From positions 1 to 44,243 of the forward strand of contig NW_021835010.1 in NCBI RefSeq assembly GCF_006345805.1: a stretch of 44,243 nucleotides of DNA, given 5' to 3'. Origin of the DNA: Octopus sinensis. Lineage: Eukaryota. The position numbers and the translations under genes are program-made. Below are positions 12,201 through 23,644 of this stretch, piece by piece. The notes under the pieces are model-generated. The model worked only from the letters and a program-made list of their open reading frames with translations, ran no database searches and was not told where the DNA came from. Within the stretch, counting starts at the first letter, position 1; each line of letters starts with the position of its first letter.

Positions 12201-14520
12201 AAATCTTTATCAAATTTCCATTTCCGCCTCCTTTCGATTTTTTTCCGGCGAGAAAAACATGTTTTCATACACACTTTGTTGATTCAAACAATCGTCTTTG
12301 TTTTCGGACTAATCGGATTCAATTTGTTCCGATTGACTTAAATTTTTCACTTCATTTCCTTTGAATAGTAATAACTCTGATCTTATTTCTTCTGGGATTA
12401 GATTACTTTCCCGCCTAAAAATTTCAAAAGCTGTTTTCATGATCGTTTCATGTTGTGCAATGTTATATTTATAAACGATTTCTTGATAGAAGTACAGTAA
12501 AACCTCTGGTGCTCGCCATTTTCGGGACCGAAGAAAAAATGGCGAGCAATAGAATTTGGCGAGCAATGGAAATAATCAATAATTTGTGTGACTTTGAAAT
12601 TTTGAAAACATCTCGGTTTTCGATACTTTCCGATCATAAGTGAGCCTTCCAAGTCTTTTAAGGTTAATTTTTATGAGCTTCGAGTGTATTTTCTCCATTT
12701 TCAATTTTTTCTAACATAAACTCAAATTTAAGTTTATTAAAATGTCCTTTGAAGGATCTAATGATTCCTTGATCCATTGGTTGTAGAATTGTTGTAGTCT
12801 TCGAAAGTAGGTAAAGAACTTCAATTGACTCTAAATCAGCGTAAAGTTTATGGGATGGGCATCGATCCACAACTAAAAGAATTTTTTGTTTTTTTAGATG
12901 CCTATCCCATGTTAAAAGCCATTCGTTAAAAATTTAACTTGTCATCCATGCTTTTGGTGAATGACAGTAATCGACAAAATTTCTGGAACTTTCCAATCAT
13001 TAGTGGAATTTTTTGGTCCGTCCCAGTCATATATATTTGAACATAGCAACAAAGAAAATCTAAAAAATAAATATTAAGGTAATCTACCTTCGAACAAAAA
13101 TTAAACCGTTCTTTAAGGATTTTATGTCCACTTTTTGAAGGGATAGATTTGTAAAAAATCCCAGTTTCATCAGCGTTATAAATGTTTTCAGCATTATATT
13201 GTTGAATCTTTGCAGAGATCAAAAAAGTAAATGCATCAATTTCTTGTTTCTGATCAAATGCAGTAGATCCTGATTTTCCATGTAAAGTCCTCAATTTTAA
13301 GTTGTTCCGTATCTTGAACTTGCTTAGTCATCCATTGCTGGCTTTAAACTCTTTAATTCCATAAATATTAACAATCTTCTTTGCTTTCAACAAAATTGAA
13401 TTATCGTCCAGAAACCCCTCTCTAAGCTCAATGTATTCCATCCAAGTTAATAGTTCGGTGTCAATAACAGAATAAGTTAAGTTAGATAATCTCTTCTTAT
13501 TGGAGAAAATAGGATCAGTAGACATTATTTTCTCTTTTCAAGTCTAAAATCGTTTACAGCCCTTCGAGATATTTTTTTCTTCAAAACAGAAGAAAAAATG
13601 TAAGCTATAAGGTCCATCGTGAGACTTTTGTTCTCCTCCATGTACGCAATAATGCGACGTTTTTCATTAAAAGACAATCTTGTGCACTTACGCATGTTGA
13701 ATTTTTAGTATAGTTGAAATATTTTATATAAAAATAGTTTAACCAAAAAAATATTTTTAAAAATTAATGGCGAGATTTAGAAAATGGCGAGCAATAGAAT
13801 ATTTATCAAAATTTACTAGAAATGTTTAATTTTTCGGAAAATATGTGGCGAGCAATAGAGGTGGCGAGTAACAGAGGTGGCGAGCACCAGAGGTTTTACT
13901 GTATTTATAGCTTCTAAAAGACCCATTTAACGCACTAGCGAAGCTAATCTAGCTTTTGATTGATTGATTGAATCTAAAGATAAATTTACAAATAACTTGC
14001 CTCTCTACTTGCCCCTGAATCCATGGAGCTTTAGAGCGTCCACTTATGTGTATGACTTTTAAATCATTAAACATTGATTCCATACATTTGTTCCTAAATT
14101 CTTTCCAATTATCCGTCTGTAAAATGGCCCTTTTAGGCCCTCTTGCAATAATATGAGTAATTGTTGGCTTAATTGCTATAAACTTTTTGACCACAAATAA
14201 TTCAATACATACTCACCTGAAACTGAATACATTTTGAGATCACTGCAGTAATTTTAATTTCAGTTCCTTTTCTCCTTCGGCGAAAAACTGTAACCGCTAG
14301 TTTTTGTATTTTATAAAAATTATCCCTTCGTTTTCAAAAATTAACTGTTCTGATAATTTTCTTTATCTTTTTTTAGATTTTTCAAATCGATAGATAAAAA
14401 ATCCCTGTAATTTAATTTTTTGATTTTAGCAAGTCCATCTTTAGTAAGTTTAAGCAAAATTATTTCTGTAGTATATATTTGATCAATAATACCTATTATT
14501 TTTTTAAATTGGAAAACTTA
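12200..14520 (-). mobile_element. Decayed rve-integrase (Ginger-like) gene, split by a Tigger insertion
   Basis: AIKPTITHIIARGPK...ILQTDNWKEFRN...APWIQGQVER, then a 27-nt GC-AG intron (13974-14000), then FNQSIK. The frame resumes after the Tigger as YFYQEIVYKYNIAQHETIMKTAFEIF. Related to 40640-41600. No termini found. Confidence 0.7.
12495..13901 (-). mobile_element. pogo/Tigger DNA transposon, internally deleted
   Basis: Perfect 24-bp TIR CAGTAAAACCTCTGGTGCTCGCCA with TA duplication (12493-94, 13902-03). Subterminal GGCGAGCAATAGA repeats. HTH start at 13695; FKASNG, YNADETG, VDRCPSH and QPMDQGIIRSFK motifs. Confidence 0.93.
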
Positions 14521-14535
14521 AATAACGAGAACAAA

Positions 14536-14850
14536 TACAAGGGGTAAAGGGGAATCAGGATTCGAGTTCTGAGAGGGAGCATGAGAATTGGCTGCCAGAT
14601 CAGCAGGTGCGTAAATTATTCACTTTTGGCATAAAGACATAGTGATCATGTATAGCGGATCCTGGCATTTGCCAGGAGATTGTAATGAAATAATTTTAAA
14701 GCTTTAATGCATGTAATTGGAGGACAAGTCTGATGTCAGCTGCCTTCGGCAATTACTGTTTACTAAAGTTGCTACAGTTGAAAAGTTCGTAGTTGGATAT
14801 CTGTGTGTTAGTATGTAATCGTGTGCTAGTAGGCCTTTGCTATTGTTAGA
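14536..14850 (+). rRNA. Degenerate 18S rRNA fragment (pseudogene; region preceding and entering V4)
   Basis: Recognisable variants of conserved SSU blocks: GGGGAATCAGGATTCGAGTTCTGAGAGGGAGCATGAGA, AATTGGAGGACAAGTCTGATGTCAGC and ACTAAAGTTGCTACAGTTGAAAAGTTCGTAGTTGGAT. Deletions fall in invariant positions. Confidence 0.85.
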
Positions 14851-15265
14851 CTATGGCTTTACCTTCAGGTATCAAATGACCACAGATTATCAAAAATGAC
14901 ACTCTCTAAAAATTATGTAAATGCAAGCCGATAATCAAGGAAATTACTACCTTACGCTGAAGACTTTTCAGACATGTTCTGAGAATGAACGAACTGATTC
15001 CTTGTAATTAAATCATGTAGGATTACTTTTCTAATCACGGAATTGGATTTCGGAATTGATCAAAATGTACACTTTTTTTCTGCCTGAATGATTACGCAAG
15101 AATTGACGGCCAGCTCAAAACTGGTGACGATCTTGAGGATATTCGTAAACGCGGGAGTAACAAGGCTAGATGGAAAGGACTGACTGAGAGGATAGTTAAG
15201 ATTACGACTCAGGCGATACCTTAGGTATTTACTTATAGGAACGCGGAAGTGGTATTAACTAACTT
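14850..15265 (+). mobile_element. 3' fragment of an RTE-like LINE
   Basis: GIK*PQIIKNDTL*KLCKCKPIIKEITTLR*RLFRHVLRM...QLKTGDDLEDIRKRGSNKARWKGL resembles an RTE C-terminus. Ends in a TAAC-rich tail. Confidence 0.7.
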
Positions 15266-15744
15266 AACTTACAGAATGTTGTTTTTAATATAACATCAAG
15301 TAAAAATGACTTCTATAGTTTTCTTAATGCTCCAGTTAATTTTTCATCACAGGTCTGATCGATTAAAACCCCTGGCTAATTGTGATCCATAAATTTCATA
15401 AATAGTGAGTTGAAAAAAACATTCATTTTCTGGCTTAGGTGTGACTATAAACCACGCAAGACCATGTTAGTTTTTCTCACGTTGTAAGCAACGACTTTTG
15501 AGATGCTGTTGTTCCATAGATGCTATCGAAAGTTGGGGGCCTTCATCGCATTCAAAATCCTTTAAATATGATTCTTGAAGTAATATTCCAGTAACTTCTA
15601 GAACTCAGAACATTTTAGTGAAAATCAATAAGCTTAGAGAAGCCATGTCAAGTCAATCAAAAATGTTGCACAGAATCCTCCACGAGATAAAGGAACAAAA
15701 CTATAATTAGTTCAAAATGAAAATTATTTTTATAATGATAATTT

Positions 15745-18700
15745 TTTTTTTTTTTTTTTTTTTTTACACTTTAATTTTTTTTTTAATTGCAATTTACTGA
15801 TAAAAGTTATTATATCGAAAGAGAAGAGATTGATTTGAGAAATCAATTGAGGAAGCCCGCTGCCTGTATGGAAAGCGAGTTCCCTCGGAGTATGGCTATT
15901 CCGATCCTTTGTCTTAGCCATACTCCTTCACGAGGATCATTCTTCTTTGTGGCGAGCATTCTTCCGAGTTCGCGCAAGAACTCGGCAGTCGCTGGGCCAA
16001 CTGCTCCTGATGACTCAGCCGCAACAGGGGTGAATCTGTAGCGGTCCCCGAGGAAGGAATATTTTTTGGTTTTAAGGTTTTCCGCGATTGAGGCAGCTGC
16101 TCCAGGTGTCTGAACCGATTTAAGGAGATTCGTGCTTGAGTAAGTATCGACGCAAGTTGCGTCCCAGACCAAAGATCGTCCGGAGTTGAAAGGGAAAAGA
16201 GTCATCCCGTCAGGTCTCTTTCCATCACCTCGATCGAGACCCACTGGTTCAAGCTGTGCTGGGAAGCCTGCAGCCTTCAGAGCTCTGACGATCACGTCGT
16301 TCAGAGCGGCGTGACGTGGTCCTCTTCCGGCGGATCTCCTGCAGGATAGCGGGTGCAATCCCTTCGCATCGACCGTTTTCCCGCAGCGGCATCGGTGCTC
16401 CTGGCAAACGTCTAGTCCAAGTCTTTGTCCGATTCCAATCCTCAAAGAATCGTCGTCCAAAAAGTCCCGAGATTTGGGCAAGGGATTGCACCAAGCCATG
16501 CTCCGCTCCCTCCACTTGAGGCTGACACCAGGCAAGCAAGACGATGTTGATTTGCTTCTTTTTTAAGCCCTTCTGAAATTTTGGAGCAGACAATGTTATC
16601 CCAGTTCCTTTGTTTCGTTGTGTCTTCGGGGATTTTGAGTCCTGACCCGTTCCAATCCCGGCAAGCTTCATCAAATGACTCATTCCAGCGAAGTCCAATA
16701 GTGTGACGAAGGACTTGCCGTGTCAAATGGTTGCAGCTTGAGAGAGACGAAAGATATGCCGGGTACGCGACCTCCAGCGCCGATCTTAGACCGACACCCC
16801 CAAATCCAGAGGAAGCTTACATTGCTTCCAACCGAGTTCGTCGAAGCGGACGTTGATTAGTGACTCAACAGTTTGTTTGAGAGATTTGTCTATCGAAAGT
16901 AGACTGTCGTAATGTTCGTGGCAGGGTGAACTTCGCAGTAGGTATAAAAGCTTGGGTAGTCCGATGTTGTTTCTCATCAGAAGAAGGATGTGTGAGAGTC
17001 GAGGCATGACAATCTTTTTGCGAGGCGAGATAATTCTTCATTTTTAGAAAGTAGATGGTTCCTGAGTTCGTCTTCACTGAGTGGACATCCAAGGAAATAT
17101 AGTTTATCAACTGGCACAGTCGGGATCCCGGGAAGCAGTTCGTTGAAAAACTCCTTGATAGAGAGAAAGTCGGTGTTTGAGTATGAGACATTTATTAACT
17201 CTGATTTGTTAATATTGATGTCCAATCCCAAGTGTTTTAATGCGGGAAGTGCTTGACGTAAAGAGTTGTATGTTTCCTCGAATGATCCTCCAATTGTGGC
17301 ATCGTCGAGATACCAGAGATTTAGTTGTGCGTCAATTGATCTCACAACATCATCAATTGTCAGGGCAAATAAGAGGGGTCCGAGCGGATCTCCCTGCTGG
17401 ACACCAGTTTTTGATTTAATGATTTCATCATCAAAAACCAGAGACGTATCTTCTCCGTATGACAATTTAACAAGAGGGAAAAGCATGGGAGCCCTCTTCC
17501 AACACGTTTCCATAATGGAGTCTCTTCTGAGAGAATTGAATGCATTGGTTATGTCCAATTTGATTCCAATGCATTCGTTTGCAGTATTCTTCTGTGTGAA
17601 GAAACGCCTTGCTGCATGAACCGCTGCCTCACATCCGTTCTGGATACTAACACCCATTTGTTCTGGGAAGAACTCCGCACCGAGTGGGCGGCTCACGAGG
17701 GTCGAAGCAATCTTCGCTGCGAGTCTTCTGAAATAGTTTCCGACCGCAATGGGGCGGATTCCTCCGTTGGGTTTTTTGAACGCGAGTAGCCTTGCGGAGA
17801 AGAGCAATTCTCTGGCATACTCCGGGATGTCGCCATTCACCATTTTCCTTATTAGGTCCGTGATCGATTTAACAAGACAGCGTCCTGCTTCCGAGGTGTA
17901 GGTGGACGTTAGGTCCTTGATATGGCCGGGGCGTAACCCATCCAAGCCTCCGCTGCTGCTGGCGGCAAAAGAAGCGATTCCGTGCCGCACTTCTGATTCG
18001 GTAATCATAATCTCTTGGGTTCCTTCAGGATTCGAGAACTTTACATAATCACTCGGTGCACTTGGGTGCTTCTGAGTTAAGGTATTCAGGACCTCGGGGG
18101 TGCTAGACAGCACGGTGTCATCGGACGTGATAACCCGTAGGGCTGCCCGCACATCGCCCTCCAGAAGTTTCCGATTCACTCGCTCCTTCAGTTTGTTGGG
18201 GGCATCTTTGGTGAATGCTCCTCTGGTTTTGACCGCATTGGCAATAAGTGGCTGTTCAAGTATTGCGTGTATGCTATGACTGCCGAAATTCAATATTCTT
18301 CCTTTCAGTTTCCCGGTTAAGTTTAGCCGGGGTTTTGTTTCTTTACTCTGGTTATCAGATTCCGTTGTAGGTGTTCCGAGTGCAACAGGTGCGAAGCATA
18401 TAAGTTTTAGCCAGGATTCCCAGCTGTCAGAGGACAGTGCGTTGTCAATGAGGTCTGAAAGGCACGTTGCTGCGGCAATACGTGCTCCTTTTGGGATTTT
18501 TACTGGGATTTTCCTGGCTTTCCGGAGGTTCGAGATCTTCAAGAGAATGTGGTCAGTATGTGGTGATGTAAAGTTTGGCTGAGCTGTTGTTTCCCGCCTG
18601 GGGACCTCGTTTCCAATACAAGGGGGGCACTGCCAGCTTGACAGCGTCTCGGCGCAGGCTTTGCTCATTTTTATGCAGCCCAAATGGGCGAATGATTCAC

Positions 18701-18873
18701 ATGGCGTGCAGTTAATTCCAAATTTCCTGATATTCGACTGCCCACAAAAGAGACATGCCCGAGTTGTCCTCAGTGGCTTTGTTCCTCGTACTTCGTCTTC
18801 GCTTCGTTCTTTATTTACCATCTGAGGTTTCCGTTAATCACACCACAGCACACACAACGTTATTGATAAATTC
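15745..18873 (-). mobile_element. Full-length CRE/SLACS-clade non-LTR retrotransposon with poly(A) tail and TSD
   Basis: ATG at 18821. PHD-like Cys finger, RT (RPIAVGNYFRRL, QQGDPLGP, YLDD), CCHC finger and REL endonuclease (RHAALND...KRPDG...WDATCVDT). Poly(A) at ~15745-15785. TAATGATAATTT duplicated at 15733-15744 and 18874-18885. Three apparent 1-nt deletions (~16985, ~16800, ~16450). Confidence 0.95.
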
Positions 18874-19749
18874 TAATGATAATTTAAATTTAAATTAATC
18901 TCGCCAAAGAACAAACTTATTCTTGTTGTGAGTTTTTTCTGAGTAAAATATAGTTTCTAGAATAATTTTTGGTGACAATGGAGCAATTTCTTAAACTTAA
19001 ACGAAACAAAACTGAAAGTCCCATGGTAATATCCTACCAAAAGCGTCAATTTCCCAAACAACCATTCGTACATACTCCTTCGTTCACCAACATAAAAACA
19101 ACACCTGGCTTAATGGAAAAAGCCCAAAAATCAAATTTTCTAAGAAAAACACTTGTTAATTATTTCTAAAATAAAACCAGGAATCTCAAGGTCACCTCAA
19201 GTGGTCAATCTCGGACAAATCAGCACTTTTTTATAACAAAATTGACCAAAACCAAATTCATTGTTCGGCTCGGAAGTACTATAACATTCACTTTTTTAGA
19301 AATGTCATTCACCGAACATTTCAATTTGGCCAAAATGCTAACACGGAATCTACAGTACGCCTAACTACCTCCCATTTATAACTACTTTCCTGAATGCTGC
19401 CACCGAGCACGCCATCGATATAATATCCGTAGGCTTGGACGACATGTCATTGAGTACAAGCAATTTTAAGTTTTTTTAATTTTTTGATTTTTAGTTCACC
19501 TATTCCTGATTTCAGAAATAACTCTAATTTGGTTAATTGTTCATATAATCGCTTTACTTTATGACTTCCACTCCTTTCGATGACAAAGTTGAAAAAAAAA
19601 CCAAGAATTCTGAAAACCATGCTCTTAGGGGCTCTCGCGATTACACGGAGTAGTCTATTTTTACGTAATATAATTGATTAAGGTGTAATTCTTTTTTATA
19701 ACTATCTTTTTAAAACAAATGGAAGCCATTTGGGTGAACAATAGTTCGA

Positions 19750-20395
19750 TTTTTACCGGTTACCGAGCGCTACGGGTTACTGAATGCTCAAATTTAACAT
19801 TTAAAGAATTTTTTATAAAAATTAAACCTAAATTTTTTTAGTTATTATATTTAAAATTAATAAATATATAATTTCAATATTTTTAAAAGGCGCAGCATTT
19901 GATAATTTTTAAATAGATAATTTACCATGCGTATTCTATAAAGTTTTCTTGATGTCTCGCTTTTTTGTCAAAACTGTACAAGAATATGATCATATAGTTA
20001 AAATATTGGAAGAGCAGGGGATCATTGGAATATCTAAACAAAAAAATACAGATTAACTCGAAAGTCCAAGAATTTTACTTTCATTACCGGGCGGCTATAT
20101 CTTAAAGACTCACGTGGAAACCATAAAATAGTCATTTCTGCAGACAATCATGAGGAGATGCAATTAGTGGCTACGCAAATTCATCAAATGACTCATTGCG
20201 GACATAACACGTTGGAAGAGTTTTGTAATCAGAGATATTTTGTTGTTAAACGCAAAATCATCAGGAAAGTAGTATCGGAATGTGATATATGTCGATTTGC
20301 GACACCACTAAAAATAGTTGATCCTGAAAACCACATTATAGCCTCACAACCAAATGAGAGATTTCAGATAGATCTGATTGATCTCGAATGTCCGA
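19750..20395 (+). mobile_element. 5' part of a third Ginger2-like element (intron-less in this segment)
   Basis: Eroded left TIR with paired GGTTAC and TGCTCAAATTT, similar to the 1-102 end. ATG at ~19952. Reads KYRL...RLYLK...HQMTHCG...CDICRFATPLK...ERFQIDLIDL, then truncated. Confidence 0.8.
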
Positions 20396-20579
20396 CGGAA
20401 CAATGAAAAAAACCCACATGAAACGAATCAAAAAAATAAATAAAGATCACAAATAATTAAAATTTTAGTTATGATCCATAAAAAAAGTTTTTTCAATTTC
20501 TGTGTAACGTTATATGAAAATTTTGGAGCCTTAGTGCTTAAACGTATGAGGAATGAGGCTATAATGTGGAGTTGAATGC

Positions 20580-20820
20580 TGATTCCACTCCCCGTACAAT
20601 GTCTTCAATGTAAAAACAAGCAGATATGATCTTAGGGGATCTCCTAGCACATCAGGCTGTAAAAGAACAATTTTTTTCAATAACAAGCGAAATTGTAAAG
20701 TAATAAAAGAGATCTACTAGATGGGCAATCTTAGAGGTTTTTGGAATGCAAGTCTGAATAATTCGATCCCTCTTGACGCTGTTAAAAGCGTTTTTGAAAC
20801 CGAATCTGACACCGACCAGA
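20580..20820 (-). mobile_element. Decayed CRE-type RT fragment
   Basis: FKNAFNSVKRDRIIQTC...IEDIVRGVES matches the ITNAFNSLRRDSIMETC...IDDVVRSID segment of the CRE RT. Confidence 0.6.
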
Positions 20821-20829
20821 GTAAAAACA

Positions 20830-21510
20830 TGAGTTGAGTTGCAGAATTTACAAGCTACTTGTATTGGGTCCTGCAGTTTCCCATGTTCAGAGCGAATTCA
20901 TCACATTGTCACTAGGCTTTTTATCAAAGGAAAATGTTTGCAGAGAAAAAAATTACTGGCCAAGGGAGTGATGTCTCCTGTCCAATTTCGGCTGACCAGA
21001 CTAGTAATGGCCGAAAAAAGAGATGAAATTATATTGAAACTTATCTTCATTTCTAATTCTACCAGAGATTGGGCTTTGGTCTTGTTCTGCATCGTGAGTT
21101 TTGCCACCGGAAAAGGCATTCCTTTACAAACGAATCTCTCCACAATGAAACTAGGAGAGATTGAACAGGATACCAGGTTGAGCAGGTCTACCAAAGCATT
21201 TTCTGTTACCCAGTAAGGCAGGTTTAGTATTACTAGTTTTTAGTTCCGCGGTGTCAAGTATTCAATTGAGTGTCCATAAAGACTTAAAAGAAGATTCCGC
21301 TCCCAATCATAAATAAAATCGTTTATATCATCTGCATTCTTAAGTAGAAGTTCGTAAAGATTCATTATGGTGTTGCGAAGTCCGGGCCCTCGGGCGGTTG
21401 GAGATTTACAAATTACATTTGCGACTTGGATCAAATCAATTGTAGCGTTAGTCGAACATACAAGAATAGTTAGTAGAATATTCTAACCCCAACAAACTTC
21501 TAACAACAAC
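20830..21510 (-). mobile_element. LINE ORF1-like relic (paralog of 9540-9890)
   Basis: ORFs 21240-21434 and 20901-21194 align with the 9540-9890 segment. Partial CKFCNSTH knuckle downstream. Confidence 0.55.
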
Positions 21511-22342
21511 GTGATTCATACAAAATGGCGCATGCTTTTGAAATTGTTAAGATCGCTGACTTTGCTGAAACCTTTACCTTTAAATGGCTCCGCTCTAGCC
21601 ACGTGGCAAAAGCAAAGAAAAAACAAGACTCCTAAATATCAAAAATTCACAATTCAAAACACATTGGATTCGTATTTGACCATTTATTCTTTCACGTTTT
21701 TCGTTTTTTTGTTACGCTTGACTCTTCTTTTAAAACACTTTAATCCGATCGATTAAATTGGAGGGAGTTAAATTGATAATTATATATTTTAGTGGTACAC
21801 TATAATAAGCGCATGCCATCAAATCTGGTTCCAACATTAAGATTCGATTCAAAGATGACACTCCTCTCCAATATATTTTCACTGCAAAAAAGATGCATTC
21901 ATTTAGAGCATAAATCAGATTGTAAACTATTGATTAGTGTCAATACTAGACATAATTGAAATCATATTTACAATATTTCGCAAAATAAATTAAAACTAAT
22001 CGGCAGTTAAAATAAATTATAGTGATTTACAGTAATTAATATGCTAAAATCATACTGAACTATCACGTGTTAATGACCTAGTCAACAACAATATATTGGA
22101 TGAAGGTAACTTTGCTTTTCCAAATATAGACTTGCTTGCTAAAAGTAAAAAACCAGGTAGACCCCAATCATCAAATAAATCTGAAAATCGAAACAGTTCA
22201 GCAAAGTACTTTTTTTAGATACTTTATTGCTCAGTATTTAAAAAAAGAGAAAACATGCAGATCATGAAAAACAAAGACGAAAAAAAGAAAATGAAGACAT
22301 CGAAGAATTAAAAGCGCTGATGAATATTCCATCTAAGCCAAG

Positions 22343-23639
22343 ATTCAAGAATCGTGAAATGACCAATCTATGTGAGGAATTCAATATCAAACGAATTCAC
22401 GGAAGGCCAAACAATCCCCGCTCACAAGGGATTGTCGAACGCTTCAACCAGTCAATTACAAGAAAAATGGCAAAAATGATCGACAATGATAATAAAAAGT
22501 GGCTGGAAAAATTAGAAAATGCAATGTACAATTATAACATTTCTGTCCACTCATCTTCTAATGAGAGCCCTTTTGAAAGATACCGGGGAATAAGTGGAAT
22601 GAATACAATATTTTATGGTTGTAATTATAAAATTATTCCTTAGATAATTCAGGTAATGATTTGTTGAGTTCTGATCAAGTCGATGATGCAAACAATTGTC
22701 TGAGTCCAATTGAAAATTCATGTAATTTGAATTTCTATATGTAGATGATTGTAATTATTCGTTTACAAGTCCGAAAAGATTTCAGTTCGAAATTAACCCC
22801 ATTGATCCTAATTCTAATTATTACAAAGCGATGAACAGAAAAATGAATGTTCACAATAGTAAGTATGAATTTAGTGTTGGTGATAAAGTATGCATAAAAA
22901 TTAATGTTTAGGTTCGAGTTAAAAAAGACTTTGGAACAAATACTTCGTTGCGACTGGATAAGTTTGAATCTCCATATTATCCATCTGCAGAAATTATCAG
23001 TATTTTATCAAACAATCGCGTTGAGGTAGTTTAAACATTTAAATTTAATAGATAAAAAATTCAATGAGCGAAATTTCGATTGTGCCAATGTCCAGACTTA
23101 AAAAATAATTAACAAGTTATTATTCTTTGAAGTTTAATATTAATTACAATATCTAACGACCTTCCCATTTGAAAATGGCAAGTCTCTCATCTGGGACGCC
23201 ACTTGCACGGATACCTTCTCCGCCGGGAACATCTTGACGTCGGCTTCAGAGCCGGGCTCCGCAGCCAACCTGCCCGAAACGCTAAAAATCAAGAAATACA
23301 GTACATTATCTCACCGCCATATCTTTGCCCCGATCGCAGTGGAGACATCGGGAGTCCTCGACCCCAGAACTAAAAAATTTCTTATTAAACTGGGGGATTT
23401 GGCAAGCAGAAGAAGAAATGATCATCGGGAACGGACATGGCTTTTCCAACGCATATCAATAGCCATCTTGCGTGGGAATTGCCATTCCATCCTATCCTCT
23501 GCTGCTAATTAAATATACATATAATTGTGCTTTAAATTGAGTAATCTGTCAAAAAAAATTACAATATTGACATTAAGTTAAGCTTCAAGGTCACGTCAGG
23601 TATCACGCGGCCCATAGGTGTCACGCAAACCATGTCACA
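22343..23639 (+). mobile_element. 3' half of a second copy of the 10042-11706 Ginger2-like family
   Basis: High nucleotide identity to 11000-11706. Keeps ~170 bp lost in that copy. The right TIR ends CCATGTCACA at 23639, followed by TAATA. Confidence 0.88.
23153..23556 (+). mobile_element. 5'-truncated CRE insertion nested in the Ginger copy
   Basis: REL C-terminus (GKSLIWDATCTDT...FAPIAVETSG...QRISIAILRGN) with an A8 tail. AATTACAATAT duplicated at 23142-23152 and 23557-23567. The empty site is visible at ~11620-11645. Confidence 0.9.
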
Positions 23640-23644
23640 TAATA

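Noticed and set aside
14536-15300. rDNA-targeted retrotransposon insertion (R-element style)
   Set aside because: No 18S sequence resumes after the LINE tail, and the element is RTE-like and decayed.
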